A stretch of 64,000 bases of DNA from Felis catus (taxonomy: Eukaryota), in contig NC_058368.1 of the NCBI RefSeq assembly GCF_018350175.1, forward strand, positions 110,858,001 through 110,922,000, read 5' to 3'. The first letter of the stretch is position 1. Each line of letters begins with the position of its first letter. A program made the translations under genes and the position numbers. Under the pieces are notes generated by a model. That model was not told where the DNA came from, ran no database searches, and saw only the letters and a list, made by a program, of their open reading frames with translations. This document shows positions 1 through 36,160 of the stretch, piece after piece.

Positions 1-73
1 TAGCAACCTCAGGGGATAGAGGGTAAACATCAAGTGGCCTGATCTGATCCACAGTTTAGAAAGATCACTCCAT

Positions 74-259
74 GGGGCACCTGGGTGACTCAGTCAGTTA
101 AACATCCAACTTCGGCTCAGGTCATGATCTCGCAGTCTAGGAGTTCAAGCCCCATGTTGGGCTCTGTGCTGACAGCTCAGAGCCTGGAACCTGCTTCAGA
201 TTCTGTGTCTCCCTCTCTCTCTCTCTTTCTCTAAAAAATAAACATTAAAAAAAAAAAAA
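74..259 (+). mobile_element. Can-SINE (SINEC)
   Basis: GGGGCACCTGGGTGACTCAG tRNA-like head, (CT)n, AATAAA, poly-A. Confidence 0.9.
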
Positions 260-269
260 GTATTCTGTG

Positions 270-780
270 ACCGTGTGGAGAACGTAGTTGCTGGGAAAAA
301 GGGAAGTAGTAAGATCCTTCAGGAGGCTTGAACCAGGGCAGTGGCAGTGAAGGTGAGCAGAAAGATATATTTGGAGGTATAGCTAATGGCTTACCTGTGG
401 AAAATAACTGCATTCATTCATTTACTAAGACAGGGAGCCCCAGGAGTTTGGGTGAGAGGAGGTCAGGAATTCAGTTTGAGATGCATGTTAGATATCTGAG
501 TCATGTCGAGGTGGCAGCTGGATATAGAACTCTGAAGTTCAGGGGAGAAAATGGGTTAAAGGTATAAACTTGGGATTCTTCAGCATACAGGTGGAACTAG
601 ATGAGATCACTTAGGTAGAAGAGAGATAGAGACCTAAACATTGGGTCACTCTCCTATTTATCAAAAAACTTGGGAAGTAGCAGTCAAAAACATAGGGCAA
701 CAAGCACATCTAGTGTCATGGTAGACAAAAAAAAAGAAATTATTTCCAGGAAGTTGTTTTGGTCAATTGCTTCCAATGCT
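270..780 (-). mobile_element. Ancient LINE-2 fragment(s); further L2-like sequence continues to ~1500
   Basis: Purine-rich L2-like text (ggcttgaaccagggcagtggcagtgaagg; gtggcagctggatatagaactctgaagttcagggg). Confidence 0.55.
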
Positions 781-796
781 AAAAACTGGATTTCTT

Positions 797-2230
797 TTTA
801 AAGTAGGCTTTATGCCCAGCATGGGGCTTGAACTCCCGACCCCAAGATCAAGAGCTGCATACTGTACCAACTGAGCCACCCAGATGCCCCTGAAAACTGG
901 AATTTATTATAGTCAGAAAAACATCAGGGTGCCTGGGTGGCTCAGTCGGTTAAGTGTCCAACTTCGGCTCAGGTCACGATCTGCAGTTCGTGGGTTTGAG
1001 CCCCACGTCGGGCTCTGTGCTCACAGTTCAGAGCCTGGAGCCTGCTTCGGATTCTGTGTCTCCCTCTCTCTCTTTCTCTCTCTCTGAAAAAGAAACATTA
1101 AAATAAAAAAGAAAAATGTCTACTATACTTGGCAATGTAAAAATAACCTTGATAAAGCCTGTTATTTAAGTGGAGTGATGTTTCAGGAAGACAATGTAAG
1201 AGGAGATAGAGAATACTTAACAGTTCTTTAAAGTTTGACTAAGAAGAGGAACACAGAAAAGGGGCAGACACTTAAGGGAGACTGTGAGGTCAAAAGAATT
1301 TGTTTTCAGGATTGAAGATACTGGAGCCATGCTTGTATGCTGTTGGGAATATTCCAGTTGAGGTCAACATTACATATACAGCTGCAGAAAGGTTGGTGGA
1401 GGTGGTGACAGGAAGAAGAAAGTATAAATTGGCAAGGTCATCAGAGTTCTGGAGTTTAGGAGAGGAGATGCTGGCAATCTGAGAAGAGACCATGTGAATC
1501 AGTCCTCTTGAAGTCTGAGAAGGAATCTCAGGAAGCAGAGGGGATTGTCTGGCACTAACTACGATCACTTTGACATTTGTATAAATGAGTCCCTACCAGT
1601 ACAGTTGCATCCATTTCTCTAGCCATGTCCTGTTGCTCAGGGACAGGTGTCAGACTCTGGACATAAAATCCTAGCCTGGGCTACAACAGGTTCCCATCTC
1701 GCAGCTTCCCTCTTGATGCCCTTGATCTCCTGCCCCCTGCAGGTGAAAGCAGAAATCTCTGGAGATGTCAGGTGACGACGAGTTTTGATCTACAAACTAT
1801 ACTCGTTTTCTTTTATTTTTTTAAATGTTTATTTACTTTGAGAAGGGGGGTGGGGAGGAACAGAGAAAGAGAGACACAGAATTCAAAGCAGACTCCAGGC
1901 TCTGAGCTGTCAGCACAGAGCCCAGCATAGGGCTCAAACTCAGACCGCGAGATCATGACCTGAGCTGAAGTATGATGTTTAACTGACTGAGCCACCCAGG
2001 CACCCCTCTACTTAAGAAGCATGGTATGAGGCTCCTTGGTGGCTCAGTCATTTACGCATCTGATTCTTGGTTTTGGCTCAGGTCATGATCTCATCGTGAT
2101 CTCAGGTTTGTGAGTTTGAGCCTGGCATGGGGGTCTGCACTGCCCAGGAGCAGCGTGCTTGAGATTCTCTCCCTGCATCTCCCGGCTCTCTTTCTCTTTC
2201 AAAATAAATAACTTTAAAAAAAGAAAATAA
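797..2230. mobile_element. Four Can-SINEs: 797-890(-, short type), 927-1116(+), 1806-2006(-), 2028-2230(+)
   Basis: SINEC head and tail motifs; TSD aaaactgga around the first. Confidence 0.85.
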
Positions 2231-2769
2231 GGGTGATGTTGTGATAAATAGTGTCTAATACAGCCTGGTGAGAAATAGCTCCTTTTCATCCTTTGGGTCT
2301 GAGCTCAGTGTCATTTCCTCAGAGACCACCAGCCTCATTACTAGCCTGATCAGTGCATTGTTAAATGTTTGACATTTCCAGTAACTTCCACAGAACCTTT
2401 CTCTCTGGTCGGGTCTTCAAAGCAAGCACTCTTAACTCCCTTTTCCATCACAATTCTAGTCTTTGACTTCCACAAATGGGCACTGAACTTCCTGACAGCT
2501 ATAGCTTACCATTGAATTAGGAAACATCTGCTAATCATCTCTTGAAAGACCACCACTGGTACTGTCCATGGAAGCCTAAATGGACCTCACAAATGACAAT
2601 ACTGTGGATGGCTCAAGGCTATCTCCAGAGAGATTCCCAGGGGGTCTAAACAGCAATAGGAACCACATGTTGCATTATTAGTAGCATTTTAGGGAAAGAA
2701 AAGTCAACAGTCCATGTAATTATCCCAAACCTGTTGAGGATACAAACTACTTACAAACTTCAGCTACGA

Positions 2770-2957
2770 GATACAGAGAATTGATGGTTACCAGAGGGGA
2801 GACGGGTGGGGGATGTGTGAAATAAGTGAGGGGGACTGAAAGCACACCTATCTTGATGAGCCTGAGTAATGTATAGAACTGCTGAATCACTGTACTGTAC
2901 TCCTGAAACTAATACGACACTGTATGTTAACTACACTGGAATTAAAACAAAACAAAA
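2770..2957 (+). mobile_element. 5'-truncated carnivore L1 3' end
   Basis: L1 3' UTR text (gatggttaccagaggg...gaatcactgtactgtactcctgaaactaat...tatgttaactacactggaattaaa), A-rich tail, degenerate TSD cttcagctacgaga/cttcagccatgaga. Confidence 0.75.
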
Positions 2958-3024
2958 CCTTCAGCCATGAGAATCTGTGATTTGCTTTAAAAAAGAAAAA
3001 AAGAAAAAGAAAAAAAAAGAGAAG

Positions 3025-3245
3025 AGTGCCTGGATGGTTCAGTCAGTTAAGCATCTAACATCAGCTCAGGTCATGATCTCACAGTTTGTGGGTTTGAGCC
3101 CTGCGCAGGGCTCTGTGCTGACAGTGACAGCAGGCTAGAGCCTGCTTTGGATGCTGTGTCTCCCTCTCTGCCCCTCTCCTGCTTGCGCACGCTCTCTCTC
3201 TCAAAAATAAATAAACATTTTTTAAAAATTAAAAAAATAAAAAAG
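3025..3245 (+). mobile_element. Can-SINE
   Basis: SINEC body and poly-A. Confidence 0.9.
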
Positions 3246-3974
3246 AGAAAGACATGGCCTTTTTTCCAGCATTTAATCACTATCTATCTCTTTTACCTCT
3301 GGGAGAGGAATTCTGGTCCAGGTGTAACAGGAATCACAAATCTGGGATTTTTTGCTCATTCCACTTACTTGGTCATCACTGACCTCTGTGTGTTCAACTT
3401 TTAAAACAAATCTGTACATTATAAATATCCATAATTATTTTCTTTTCCTCAAATTTATATACCAGCTGCTAAAAACATCATAACATATGTACAGGATAGC
3501 ACTAGGACGGCAACAGTGCCATTTCAGCAAACATCCCATTTTTGTCTACATGGCAGTACCTGTATAATTAAATATACAGAATAAAAAGCAGAAATAAAAT
3601 ACACTTATAGTCCTAAGACATAGGCTTAAACTAAGATTGAAACAAATATGGAGGTCATCAGGAAAGCCTGAGATAATACATCAACAACCTTCGTAAACTG
3701 TACGACTGCGAAGGGAAAAAACTTAAAAAAAAAAATAGGTGCACCTCATTTGAATAGAATCCACCCCAAAATAAACAAGCCCATCGTTAAACTTCAAGGT
3801 CCATTTCTAGGAACACATTAGGCTGAAAAGTAAGGGGAATGCTTATTATACAGGACAGGCGAAAGTCACTATTGAAACAGAGTCCTACAGTATATTTTAA
3901 TTTTACCAAAACCCACAACCACCACCAATCACCACAAAAACCAATTTTCTGAAATTTGCAGCTGGAAAACTGAG

Positions 3975-4096
3975 CAGTGATTCTTAAATCTAAATGTAAA
4001 TTAAAATCACTTGAGAAACTTAAAAAAATATGCCTACATATGCCTCCAAACAATTTAAATCAGATTTTCTGTGGGCACCAAGGCTGAGAACCACAG
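3975..4096. mobile_element. MER5A-like hAT DNA transposon remnant
   Basis: Terminal inverted repeats cagtgattcttaaa...gctgagaaccacag and internal aatcacttgag. Confidence 0.6.
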
Positions 4097-5010
4097 AAAT
4101 AACCATCCTTATCCTACTCATCTAAAGCTAAGTCTTTCCGAAAAATAATTTAACTATTCTTCCATTTAAAACATATCTACTGCAACCAAGAAAAGGAAAA
4201 AAAGTCATGTGTGTTTGCTTAGAATATTCAACCTAAGAAATGAGCATACCATTTTATCACTCATTTTACCCTTAAAAGTTCCAAAGCAAACCCCTGTAAG
4301 TTCTGTTTAGAATACTCAAAATACATATTTTTAGTTGACAAGTCTTTAAGGAAAAAAAAAAGTTTTTTAAAAAGTTTATTATAAAAATTCTTTTAATCTG
4401 TTACTAATTGACAAATCAGCAACAGCAATTACTTATTATTATTATTAAAGGAAATTACTATACTTACCAATGCATTTTTTAAACTCATTTCATAGGTAGG
4501 TTACTAACACTTCCCAGTTAAGATGGTTAAACTCCAGTCTTTCTGTACAACTAGAAAATTAGTTGAAATTCTGGTAATCATTCTAAACCCAAGCCATTCT
4601 GGCCATGAGCCCTTTTCTGCTAGCCACAAGAATTAGAGAATTTGTACACCTGAATGATAGTACCACAGGTCAATTAGAAGATATGCATTCCTTCAAAGCC
4701 AATTGTTACCACAGTACCTGAAAACCAGATGCCTGGTATCTAAATTACTTGGACACTGGGTTAAAACTATGGCACACAATAAATTATTTGTTCAAAGAGA
4801 AAGGGCATAAAGCGACAAAGCAAAAAAAAAAAAAAAAAAAGATACATGTATTTCTTGTGAAAGCATGAAAAGAATAAAATGGAATGCAGACATAGAAAAA
4901 CAGGGCTTTTTGCTTTGGACCATCAATTCCACAAGCCACCAAAAATACTGTCAATTACATCAGAGGACAGATAAAAAAGAAACTAGACCATTTTTAAAAC
5001 AGAATGTGTG

Positions 5011-5240
5011 TGGGGTGCCTGGGTGGCTCAATCGGTTGAGCATCTGACTTCAGCTTAGGTTATGATCTCACGGTTCAGGAGTTCCGAGCCCCACATTGGG
5101 ATCTGTGCTGACAGCTCAGAGCCTGGAGCCTACTTTGGATTCAGTGTCTCCTTCTCTCTCTGTCCCTCCCCACTTGCACTCTGTCTCTCTCTCAAAAATA
5201 AACAAACATTAAAAAATAAAAAAAAAAATAAAATAAAATA
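5011..5240 (+). mobile_element. Can-SINE just downstream of the distal poly(A) signal
   Basis: SINEC body; TSD aacagaatgtgt. Confidence 0.9.
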
Positions 5241-5326
5241 ACAGAATGTGTATTTTCCTCACATCTTGGATATGAGAAAACTTCCTTGTCAGTTCCAAGT
5301 TCAACACAATACAAAGCAAAGGAACT

Positions 5327-5332
5327 TTTATT
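5327..5332 (-). terminator. Candidate distal polyadenylation signal AATAAA
   Basis: Plus-strand tttatt, with downstream GU-rich tttgtattgtgttg on the minus strand. Confidence 0.65.
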
Positions 5333-6130
5333 ACTACATTCACACAAGTAATGATCAAGTGCCCTGAAGTTTACCCTCATAGCTTTAGATGACCAAATAG
5401 TAGTTTCCACAGAAGAACTGTTTTAACTTCCTAATCCTATTCAAAGGATAAAAGGGTGGGGGAAAACTCATTAAGTGCTTAGCACTGCCACTTCATTTCA
5501 AATGCCATTTTAGTCCTTGGGTGAATGCACATAACACTAAACCAAGATCTAGCAACAGTTTTCTATTTGGTTTAACTAGTTTCACTTAAAGAGCTAAATA
5601 CAGGATAATGCTTTAACAGCTTTTTTATCTGAGACAAAATTAACTCTAAGATCACATGACAAGCAATGTACAAAATCTGTCAATCATTTTAGAGTCCATC
5701 TAACATACATAGCAATAGGATATTTACCATCAGAAACTGCACTGATAAGTAGACACATTAGTTTGTTAAGCTCCACCTGAAAACATGATGTTTTATTAAA
5801 ACAAAAACCAAACAATTAAACACAGTTGGGTCTTCCTGAAGTTGCACAGATTTCCCTTCTTGCAGGCCAGTTAATATGCAGGAAGAACGCATGAAGAGCA
5901 CGACGGCTATCTGACAAATTGTACTATCTGGATTACAAGTCCTGAAAATCATCTGAAGAATGTTAAGGAGTTAGCAGAAAGATTATATAGTGACCTTAGT
6001 TTTTATTTTTCTTTACCTAGAATTCTACAAATTCTAAAATTTATCAATTGATGTATCTTTTAAATAAACAGCACCAGTCTTGCCCATTGATACAATTAAA
6101 ATTTGACTTTCTCAGTTCTTAGTTCACAAG

Positions 6131-6136
6131 TTTATT
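6131..6136 (-). terminator. Candidate proximal polyadenylation signal AATAAA
   Basis: Plus-strand tttatt about 660 nt after the stop codon. Confidence 0.65.
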
Positions 6137-6793
6137 ATGAAAAACACTGCAGTGCTCTTGTGCAGTAACATCGTCTTATAGGAGGGGGGGAAAACAGTTC
6201 TGTTCAAAACAACTCACCAGGTTCTGACAATAACAAAGAACGACATGAGGCTGAGATTTGAGAAGGGAAAGAAACTGAGTGCAGACAAATCATACAATTA
6301 AATTAAACGGTATCCCTGAAAATAAACAAAACGATTTCAAAACTCACAAGTAGAGGGGAGGCCTTGGTACTTATTTTAAAAATGTTCATTAAGCTCCAAT
6401 GATTGTTTGCTGCTATCCTTATCTACAGTCATGCTGAGTAAAGCTATAGCTAAATGGAAGTTAAATTGTATTCACGAGGTGTTAATGTTTACATCTTATT
6501 ATCTGCAGTCTCTCAGAGAAAGCAAAAGTAACTACAAATAGCGCTATGCCAGAAACTGGTTTCTTGACCAACAATGTCGCTTCAGCATGCAATGAACTGG
6601 TTCATTCTAAAGTGGTCACGGCTGTTGATGACAAGAGGCTCTGTATTTTTATATGGCACATCTTTTGGTCCGTGTGAAAACAAGTTTTTTGAATGTTAAC
6701 TATTCTCTGACACTTTGGAGTTACTGTTGCTCTTCCCATTTCCATTAGGTCAATATATGGTTCATGGCAATACTGTACAAGTTTAAAATTTCA

Positions 6794-30245
<23,452 letters not shown>

Positions 30246-30252
30246 GGCGTGG

Positions 30253-30260
30253 TGACATCA
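30253..30260. promoter_or_regulatory. CRE/ATF-like site TGACATCA (variant of TGACGTCA), with half-CRE CGTCA at 30268-30272
   Basis: Lies 238-245 nt upstream of the ATG, where the human PPP2CA core-promoter CRE is described. Confidence 0.75.
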
Positions 30261-30387
30261 CGCGCGGCGTCAGGAGGCGGCGGGGTGCGGCGGGGTAGAA
30301 GGGCCGGGACAAGAGCTGCGCAACTGCAGAGCCAACCCCGGTCCGCCGCCAGGCCAGAGTGGGGGGGGGCGGCAACCAGGGGCCACG

Positions 30388-30574
30388 GCGCAGGCGCAAC
30401 GTAGCCGGCTGGTAACTGAGGCACCTTCGCTTTTAGGGCGTGGTGGTCCAGAAGGGAGGGGGGCGGGGAAGAGAGGACCGAGTCCGAACAAGCGCGATGC
30501 TTGCAGCAGGAAACTGGGCTAATTCCAGAGCACAAAATCCTGCGCGGCGCGGGCGCCTGTTTAGCGCAGGCGCA
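30388..30574. promoter_or_regulatory. Two NRF1-type motifs GCGCAGGCGCA (30388-30398, 30564-30574)
   Basis: Exact repeats of an NRF1-like motif inside the CpG island. Confidence 0.6.
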
Positions 30575-31421
30575 GTCTGGGGTTTGGGAGGTTGAGGAGA
30601 ACCTGCTAGTCCGAGCTTTTTCTCTAAGGTGAGACAGTTCTGCGCTTCGCCCCGCGTTTGTACTCAGGTTACAGAAACTAGAATTGTGACCTCACGGTGC
30701 GCTGGAATTGTATGGGATTCCTAAGTCTTTGAGGGCGGGAACGGGTGCCAAGTGGTAGCCTCTTTGGAGTGGCCACCTCCGCCTCTGGGCGCGGCAGGCA
30801 CCTTGTAATTAGGTCACTCGTGGGCGGAGGAGGGTGTGTCTGCCCTGGGAGCGCGGCGCAGTGCACCTGACTCCTTGGGCACACACCTGTCTTTGGGCCT
30901 AGGTGCCTGTCGGCCGTGATGCCTGCGCCCGAGCCTTAGGCTTTTCCCTAAGTTTAGGACCTCGATCCTAGCTTCCACAAGCCTCGCGCAGCCTCTCCCA
31001 TTGTCGCCTTCTCCCCAGGTGTGCGCCTTCCTCCCACTCTGGTTCCTCCGGAGAATGAGGAACCCCTTCGCCCCCACCCGTGCCCTCTCTGGCCTGATGA
31101 TGTTAGAAGCGGCTACAATCCGCGCTTTAAAGAAAGCTCGGATATCTGATTATCGGACCTCGGTCTGGCTATGAATCTCTTTGATGTTTGCGAGATGTTT
31201 TTACATCCCATTATCTCTGCATTCACAGAAATATTTGGCTCAGTAGAGCATCAATTATGTGCTGAATCCCATCCTTAGGAGAGAGAGGGGTCAACCAAAC
31301 AGACAAGGTTTCCTGCCTCGGTGGAAGCTGGTATTCTCCTAGTAGTGTAGGACTAGATGGAAGAGAGATTATCATGTCCCCAGGACCTGAGAGATACAAA
31401 CTTTCCAAAGGACGTTTAGAA

Positions 31422-31593
31422 TTTTTTTTAACGTTTATTTATTTTTGAGAGAGAGACGGGGAGACACAGAATTGGAGGCTTCAGGCTCTGAGCTGTTAGC
31501 AGGGAGCCCGACAGGGGCCTCGAAATCATGAGCCTTGAGATCATGACCTTAGAGGAAGTCAGATGCTCAACAGACTGAGCCACCCAGGAGCCC
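31422..31593 (-). mobile_element. Can-SINE
   Basis: Reverse SINEC; TSD tccaaaggac. Confidence 0.85.
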
Positions 31594-33429
31594 ATCCAAA
31601 GGACTTTTAAAATGCAAGGCAAGAGCTGAACCTAGTCACTTGTCTTCTAGATTTCCTATCCCCAATAGCAGTTGACCCTGCCAAATCCAGGCTCACTCTG
31701 CAGCTCTGAGGGCATCGTCCCAACCAATAACCTGAAGAAGGATCTAGAGGCCTGGATGAGCCAATGATGGGTCTGAAAATTCTCCTTCATCAAAGAGAAC
31801 TTGCTTAGTGAGGTCCCAGACTGAAAATGGCAATTCTGCTTTTCTTTCATACCTCCCAGCAGCGTCTCTAGAGGAAAGTCTCTCAGATCTTCTCCCCTAA
31901 AAGCTTATACTTAATTTGCCAGACCGGAAAAAAGTTATTTTAGCCCAAATTCTGATCATGTTTTATAGTTAACATCCCCCAATAATAGAGGAGTAAGGAG
32001 TTAAGACCATGTAGAATGTATAAGGAAAAAATCATCACTTAGTGCTCATGACTATAAAGTCATGCCTAGTGTGCTGTCATCTTATTCTTCACTGTTGCCC
32101 TGTACCTGTGTGAGAACTGGTCCTGTCTTACAGGGCAACAAGAAGACAAACAGAAAAGAGAAGGGACTTGCCCAAGGTAGTAATTAGGATTTGAAATTTG
32201 ATACTCCCAAGTGCAGGGCATCTGCCACACTCACACAACTGACCTCTAAGAACTGAAATACAGAACAGGGTCAATGTGATTTCCCTTTACTTGAGTTCTC
32301 TTATCTAGAAAGGTTGGGTGATGTTAGTTTGGTTCATTAAAGAATATTGAACACCCTAAGGGCTGCATTCTTTCATGTTTCAGACAAAACTCCTGAATGG
32401 GTGCAAATGTGTACTGAGGACATCAAGATTTTATGCATCTGCAGCAGCATTTCTAAAGTAGTTTCCTTGAACCATGATTCCCATGAGAAACAAATTCCTT
32501 TCAAAAGGAAATTTACAAAATGATATATTCTCAGAAGTCGTGTGATTAAAAAAGCAAACAATAAAAACCTCATGAGTTTTATCTACCCTAAAAAAAAAAA
32601 AGTATTGAGCACCTACTATGTATTAAGATTATAATGAATGGGTTTTTCCAAAGTGCTGTGAGCTCCTAGTTGGTAGCCCTAATGTAGGTATTACTTATTT
32701 TCTCTTGATGCAGATTACTTGGCTCACCACCACCACAAAATGGTGGGAAGATATAATTATATATACTTAAAACATCCTGCCAAATAATTAGATGCCATGA
32801 CTTAACTTCTTAAGCAATGAATTCTAGGAAGCTCTTATTAGCTTTCAAGCCATGAAGTAAAGCATATGTGATTATAAACAATACAGAACTAAATCAGAAT
32901 GTGTTTTTCTTTAGAAGGAATCTAGATTGTTTTCTTACTCTGCAGAACTCATACTCACCGACAGATCTGAAACTTCAGATTGATTGATCTGGTCCTGACT
33001 CAGTGGGCCTGACTGTCTAAATTCTAGAGCTGAGGAATGCTTGGAACAAAAAAGTAAAAGCAAACCAAAAAAACATTGTCCTTTTAATTGCTTGGCAGAA
33101 ACCAGAAAGTAAGTAAATATGCTTTGAGAAAGAAATCTTTGCTCAGATGGCAAATTCAGTATACAGCCAGTCTAAGTGTTGCCCATGATGTTTAAACATA
33201 GCTATAAAAAAAAAAATCATCTGATGATGGGGGTGGGTTGAAGGAAGATGACCTTGAGCAAATAGCTTGATAATAGGTACTCTTAGCCAAAGTATAAAAA
33301 TTGACATCAAATCTTGGAGGAAGAATGAGATACATCGTTTTGTCAGCAATTCTCTTGGCCTCACATTAGGTTTATTTTGTTGTTATTCCTTCCAGTTGCC
33401 TGATTTCTAAGCTTTACTGAGACAGAAAG

Positions 33430-33645
33430 TAGAGCCAGATAGGTAAGAAATGGCTCTGGAATCAGATGGACCTGGTTTGAATTCTAGTTAAGAAGCTTGG
33501 CAAGTTACATAACTTTTCTGAGTCTCCATTATCTCATGTATAAAGTGGGGATAATTATAATTGCCAAATAATAAGGTTCTTAGAGAATTCAGTGAAATTA
33601 TGAATGTAAAACACAGCATATAGTAAATGTCCAGTAAGTATGAGA
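33430..33645 (+). mobile_element. MIR
   Basis: ggctctggaatcagatggacctggtttgaattc...cttggcaagttacataacttttctgagtctcc...aaagtggggataat. Confidence 0.75.
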
Positions 33646-35929
33646 TATTCTTACTTTTCATAGTTCTAAGTGGTCTCTGGTCCTACATATCCCCTAATGC
33701 CAGTTGGAGCACTTCATTGCCTGCTATGGAAACAGAACATAACAGTATCAAAAACATCATATACACACAAAGCCATCAGATGAAGTGAAGATGGAGGGGG
33801 GAGGGGATTCAAGAAAAGAGGGTCGAGATGGAACAAAAAGAACATCCCCTCTCTTCCCTTGACACCGTGCAAACATTCAGAAGGCTTGTTGTGTAGAGAA
33901 AAAGTCAATGAGGAATAAATTCAAGAAATAATACAGTTGGTTAGTCTTATGTTCCTGTTGTATCAGAATTTTTTATCTGAAAAGGGTGCCATATCTTATA
34001 ACATGCACTTTGCACCAAGGCCTTTTATGCCCCAGAAATTCCAACTTAAAGACCTAATTAGTCAACATTAGTGCCTATGCCCATGAGAAGCCTGCCATGT
34101 TCTGGCCAACTGGGCCTGCCCAACTACTGGAAGATTTTGGTACTAGGGATACACAAATACTTGCAACTTATTGGTAGCTATCCCTGTTTTTCTCCTTTGC
34201 AGTTTTCTGAACAATTAAACTTAACATTTCACCTGAAATTAGAATTTTATATATGTGGCCAAAATTTTGTGGCCAGGAATTTTGCCACAGATATAATACA
34301 GCTCTTTCCCTCACCTACTACAGTTTGGCTAAAGAAAAAAGAGAGAGAAATGACCATATTATCCTTTGGTAATGTCCCTGACATCTAGATACTATTCTCA
34401 GTTACAGAGGAAATATTTTTTACCCTGTTACAGGAAAAATAAAATCTCTGAAATGAAAGGCAAAGTTTATTACCAGAAGGCTGGATAAACCTTAAAAATA
34501 CTGTCACCAACTTTGCAGGTATTAAAAATCTTATCATAGAAATAGGTTTATTGACATGGAACATTATGCACAATATAGTATTAAGTGACAAATACCTTAT
34601 AAAACAGCATATATGATAGTACCATAATTTTATTAAATATAAGTATATGTTTATGAGACTTTAGAAATCTATACAATGAGGTACTAATAGCAGTTGCTTC
34701 TGGTGAATGGAGTTTTTCTTTTTTTTCTTTTTATGTACTTGATTCTTCTGTAATGAAAACATATTGCTCATAATTGTGAAAAAATCTTCAGATATCCTGA
34801 GTAAACATGATTAGGGGAGTCACAGGCCCAAACAACAAGTAGCCAATAGTTATGTTAAATATTCCACTATGCCCTGGAATATTACTCAAGGGCCCCAACT
34901 TTCTTGTGAAAAGAAGTCTCACCTTCCTGTGGATCTCTTACATGGCCTCCTCACACGGCATTTCAATATGGCCTTTTCTTCTACCTTCCCTCTCATTAAA
35001 AGATCTTATCCTCAGCTCAGATGGCCCTCTTCCTCTCTCAGACAAATACTGTACTCATCCACTCCATTCCTACTTTCTCCTTTGCTCAACATGTCCCTTC
35101 TCCTCAGACAGCCACTTGTATCTATAAGAACCCTGGCATTCAAGACCAGTTCAAGCCCCACACTCTCTGAAGAGTCTTCTCTGATGGCTGTAGGTCTCTC
35201 TTGATTGGGAGTGCCTACAAGAGCAACAGGAAAACCTCAGAGTCTGGTGGAACAGCACAGAGACCTGGCACCTGTCAGAGCAGAGGGGTAAGAATGGAGA
35301 ACTTGTTCGTGAGCCCATATGAGTATTCCCTAAAGACTCTCAGAGATGCTGTAGAAGATGAGGGGGCATTTTGCAGGGAGCCAGAGAGAAAATCTGTTTA
35401 TATTTTGTTCATATTTTCCATATTAACAAGTTTACCAGTGTTCTAGCTTGACTCTAGGCAAGATTTAGAAATCAACCCCCCCCCCCGCCGCCAAAAAAGA
35501 AATAAGGTTCTCCAAAGCAGATGAATTTGCAAGTCCAAAAGCATCTAAGGAGTACTTTGAAATTAATTTGCAAAGATAGGAAGATAGGACCATACTGCTC
35601 TTCTGTCTGATGGAAAGAAACACTCTCCCTTGACAGGAGCGTTCATTCCTTAAGCTGTTAGAAGGCACACCAGACAGGGAGACACCCCACCTCCCCACAC
35701 ACACACAATGATCAGGTATTTATATGCTCATCTTTAAATTGTGGTGGATGGTGATAGAATTAGGTCCACAAACAAAAGAAGGAACAGACATTGTGTGCAG
35801 AAAAGAGAAAACTCATGGGTAATTTAGTGCCTACAGGTTGGTAGATGGTTTTTAAAGGAAGGATGTTAATCAGTTTTCTCCATCTTTGGAGGAACAAGGA
35901 ATAGGAAATGAGTCTCTGTCAAGTAGTTA

Positions 35930-36160
35930 ACAGTTATAAGGCCAGCATTTATTAAGCACTTATGTACTCTTCCAAGTACTTTACGTATATTATATCCCTC
36001 CTCCCTCACAACTCCTGAGTGAGGTACTATTATTATCCTCATTTTACAGATGATGAAACTGAGGCACAAAGGGACTGAGTAACTTGTATAAGGTAAAATA
36101 ACTAGTAAGCAGAGGAGCTGAGGTCTGGTTTCAGTGCCCAAAGTCCGAAGTCCTACTAGA
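35930..36160 (-). mobile_element. MIR
   Basis: catttattaagcactta...ggtactattattatcctcattttacagatgatgaaactgaggcac. Confidence 0.8.

Larger units (their letters stand above)
5305..6793 (-). other. PPP2CA: PPP2CA 3' UTR (long form; end approximate)
   Basis: Repeat-free AU-rich sequence after the stop. AATAAA on the minus strand at 6131-6136, 6002-6007, 5792-5797 and 5327-5332; the last is followed by GU-rich sequence. Confidence 0.7.

Noticed and set aside
30371..30388. CTCF-like GGCAACCAGGGGCCAC
   Set aside because: Mismatches at core consensus positions; likely chance in GC-rich DNA.
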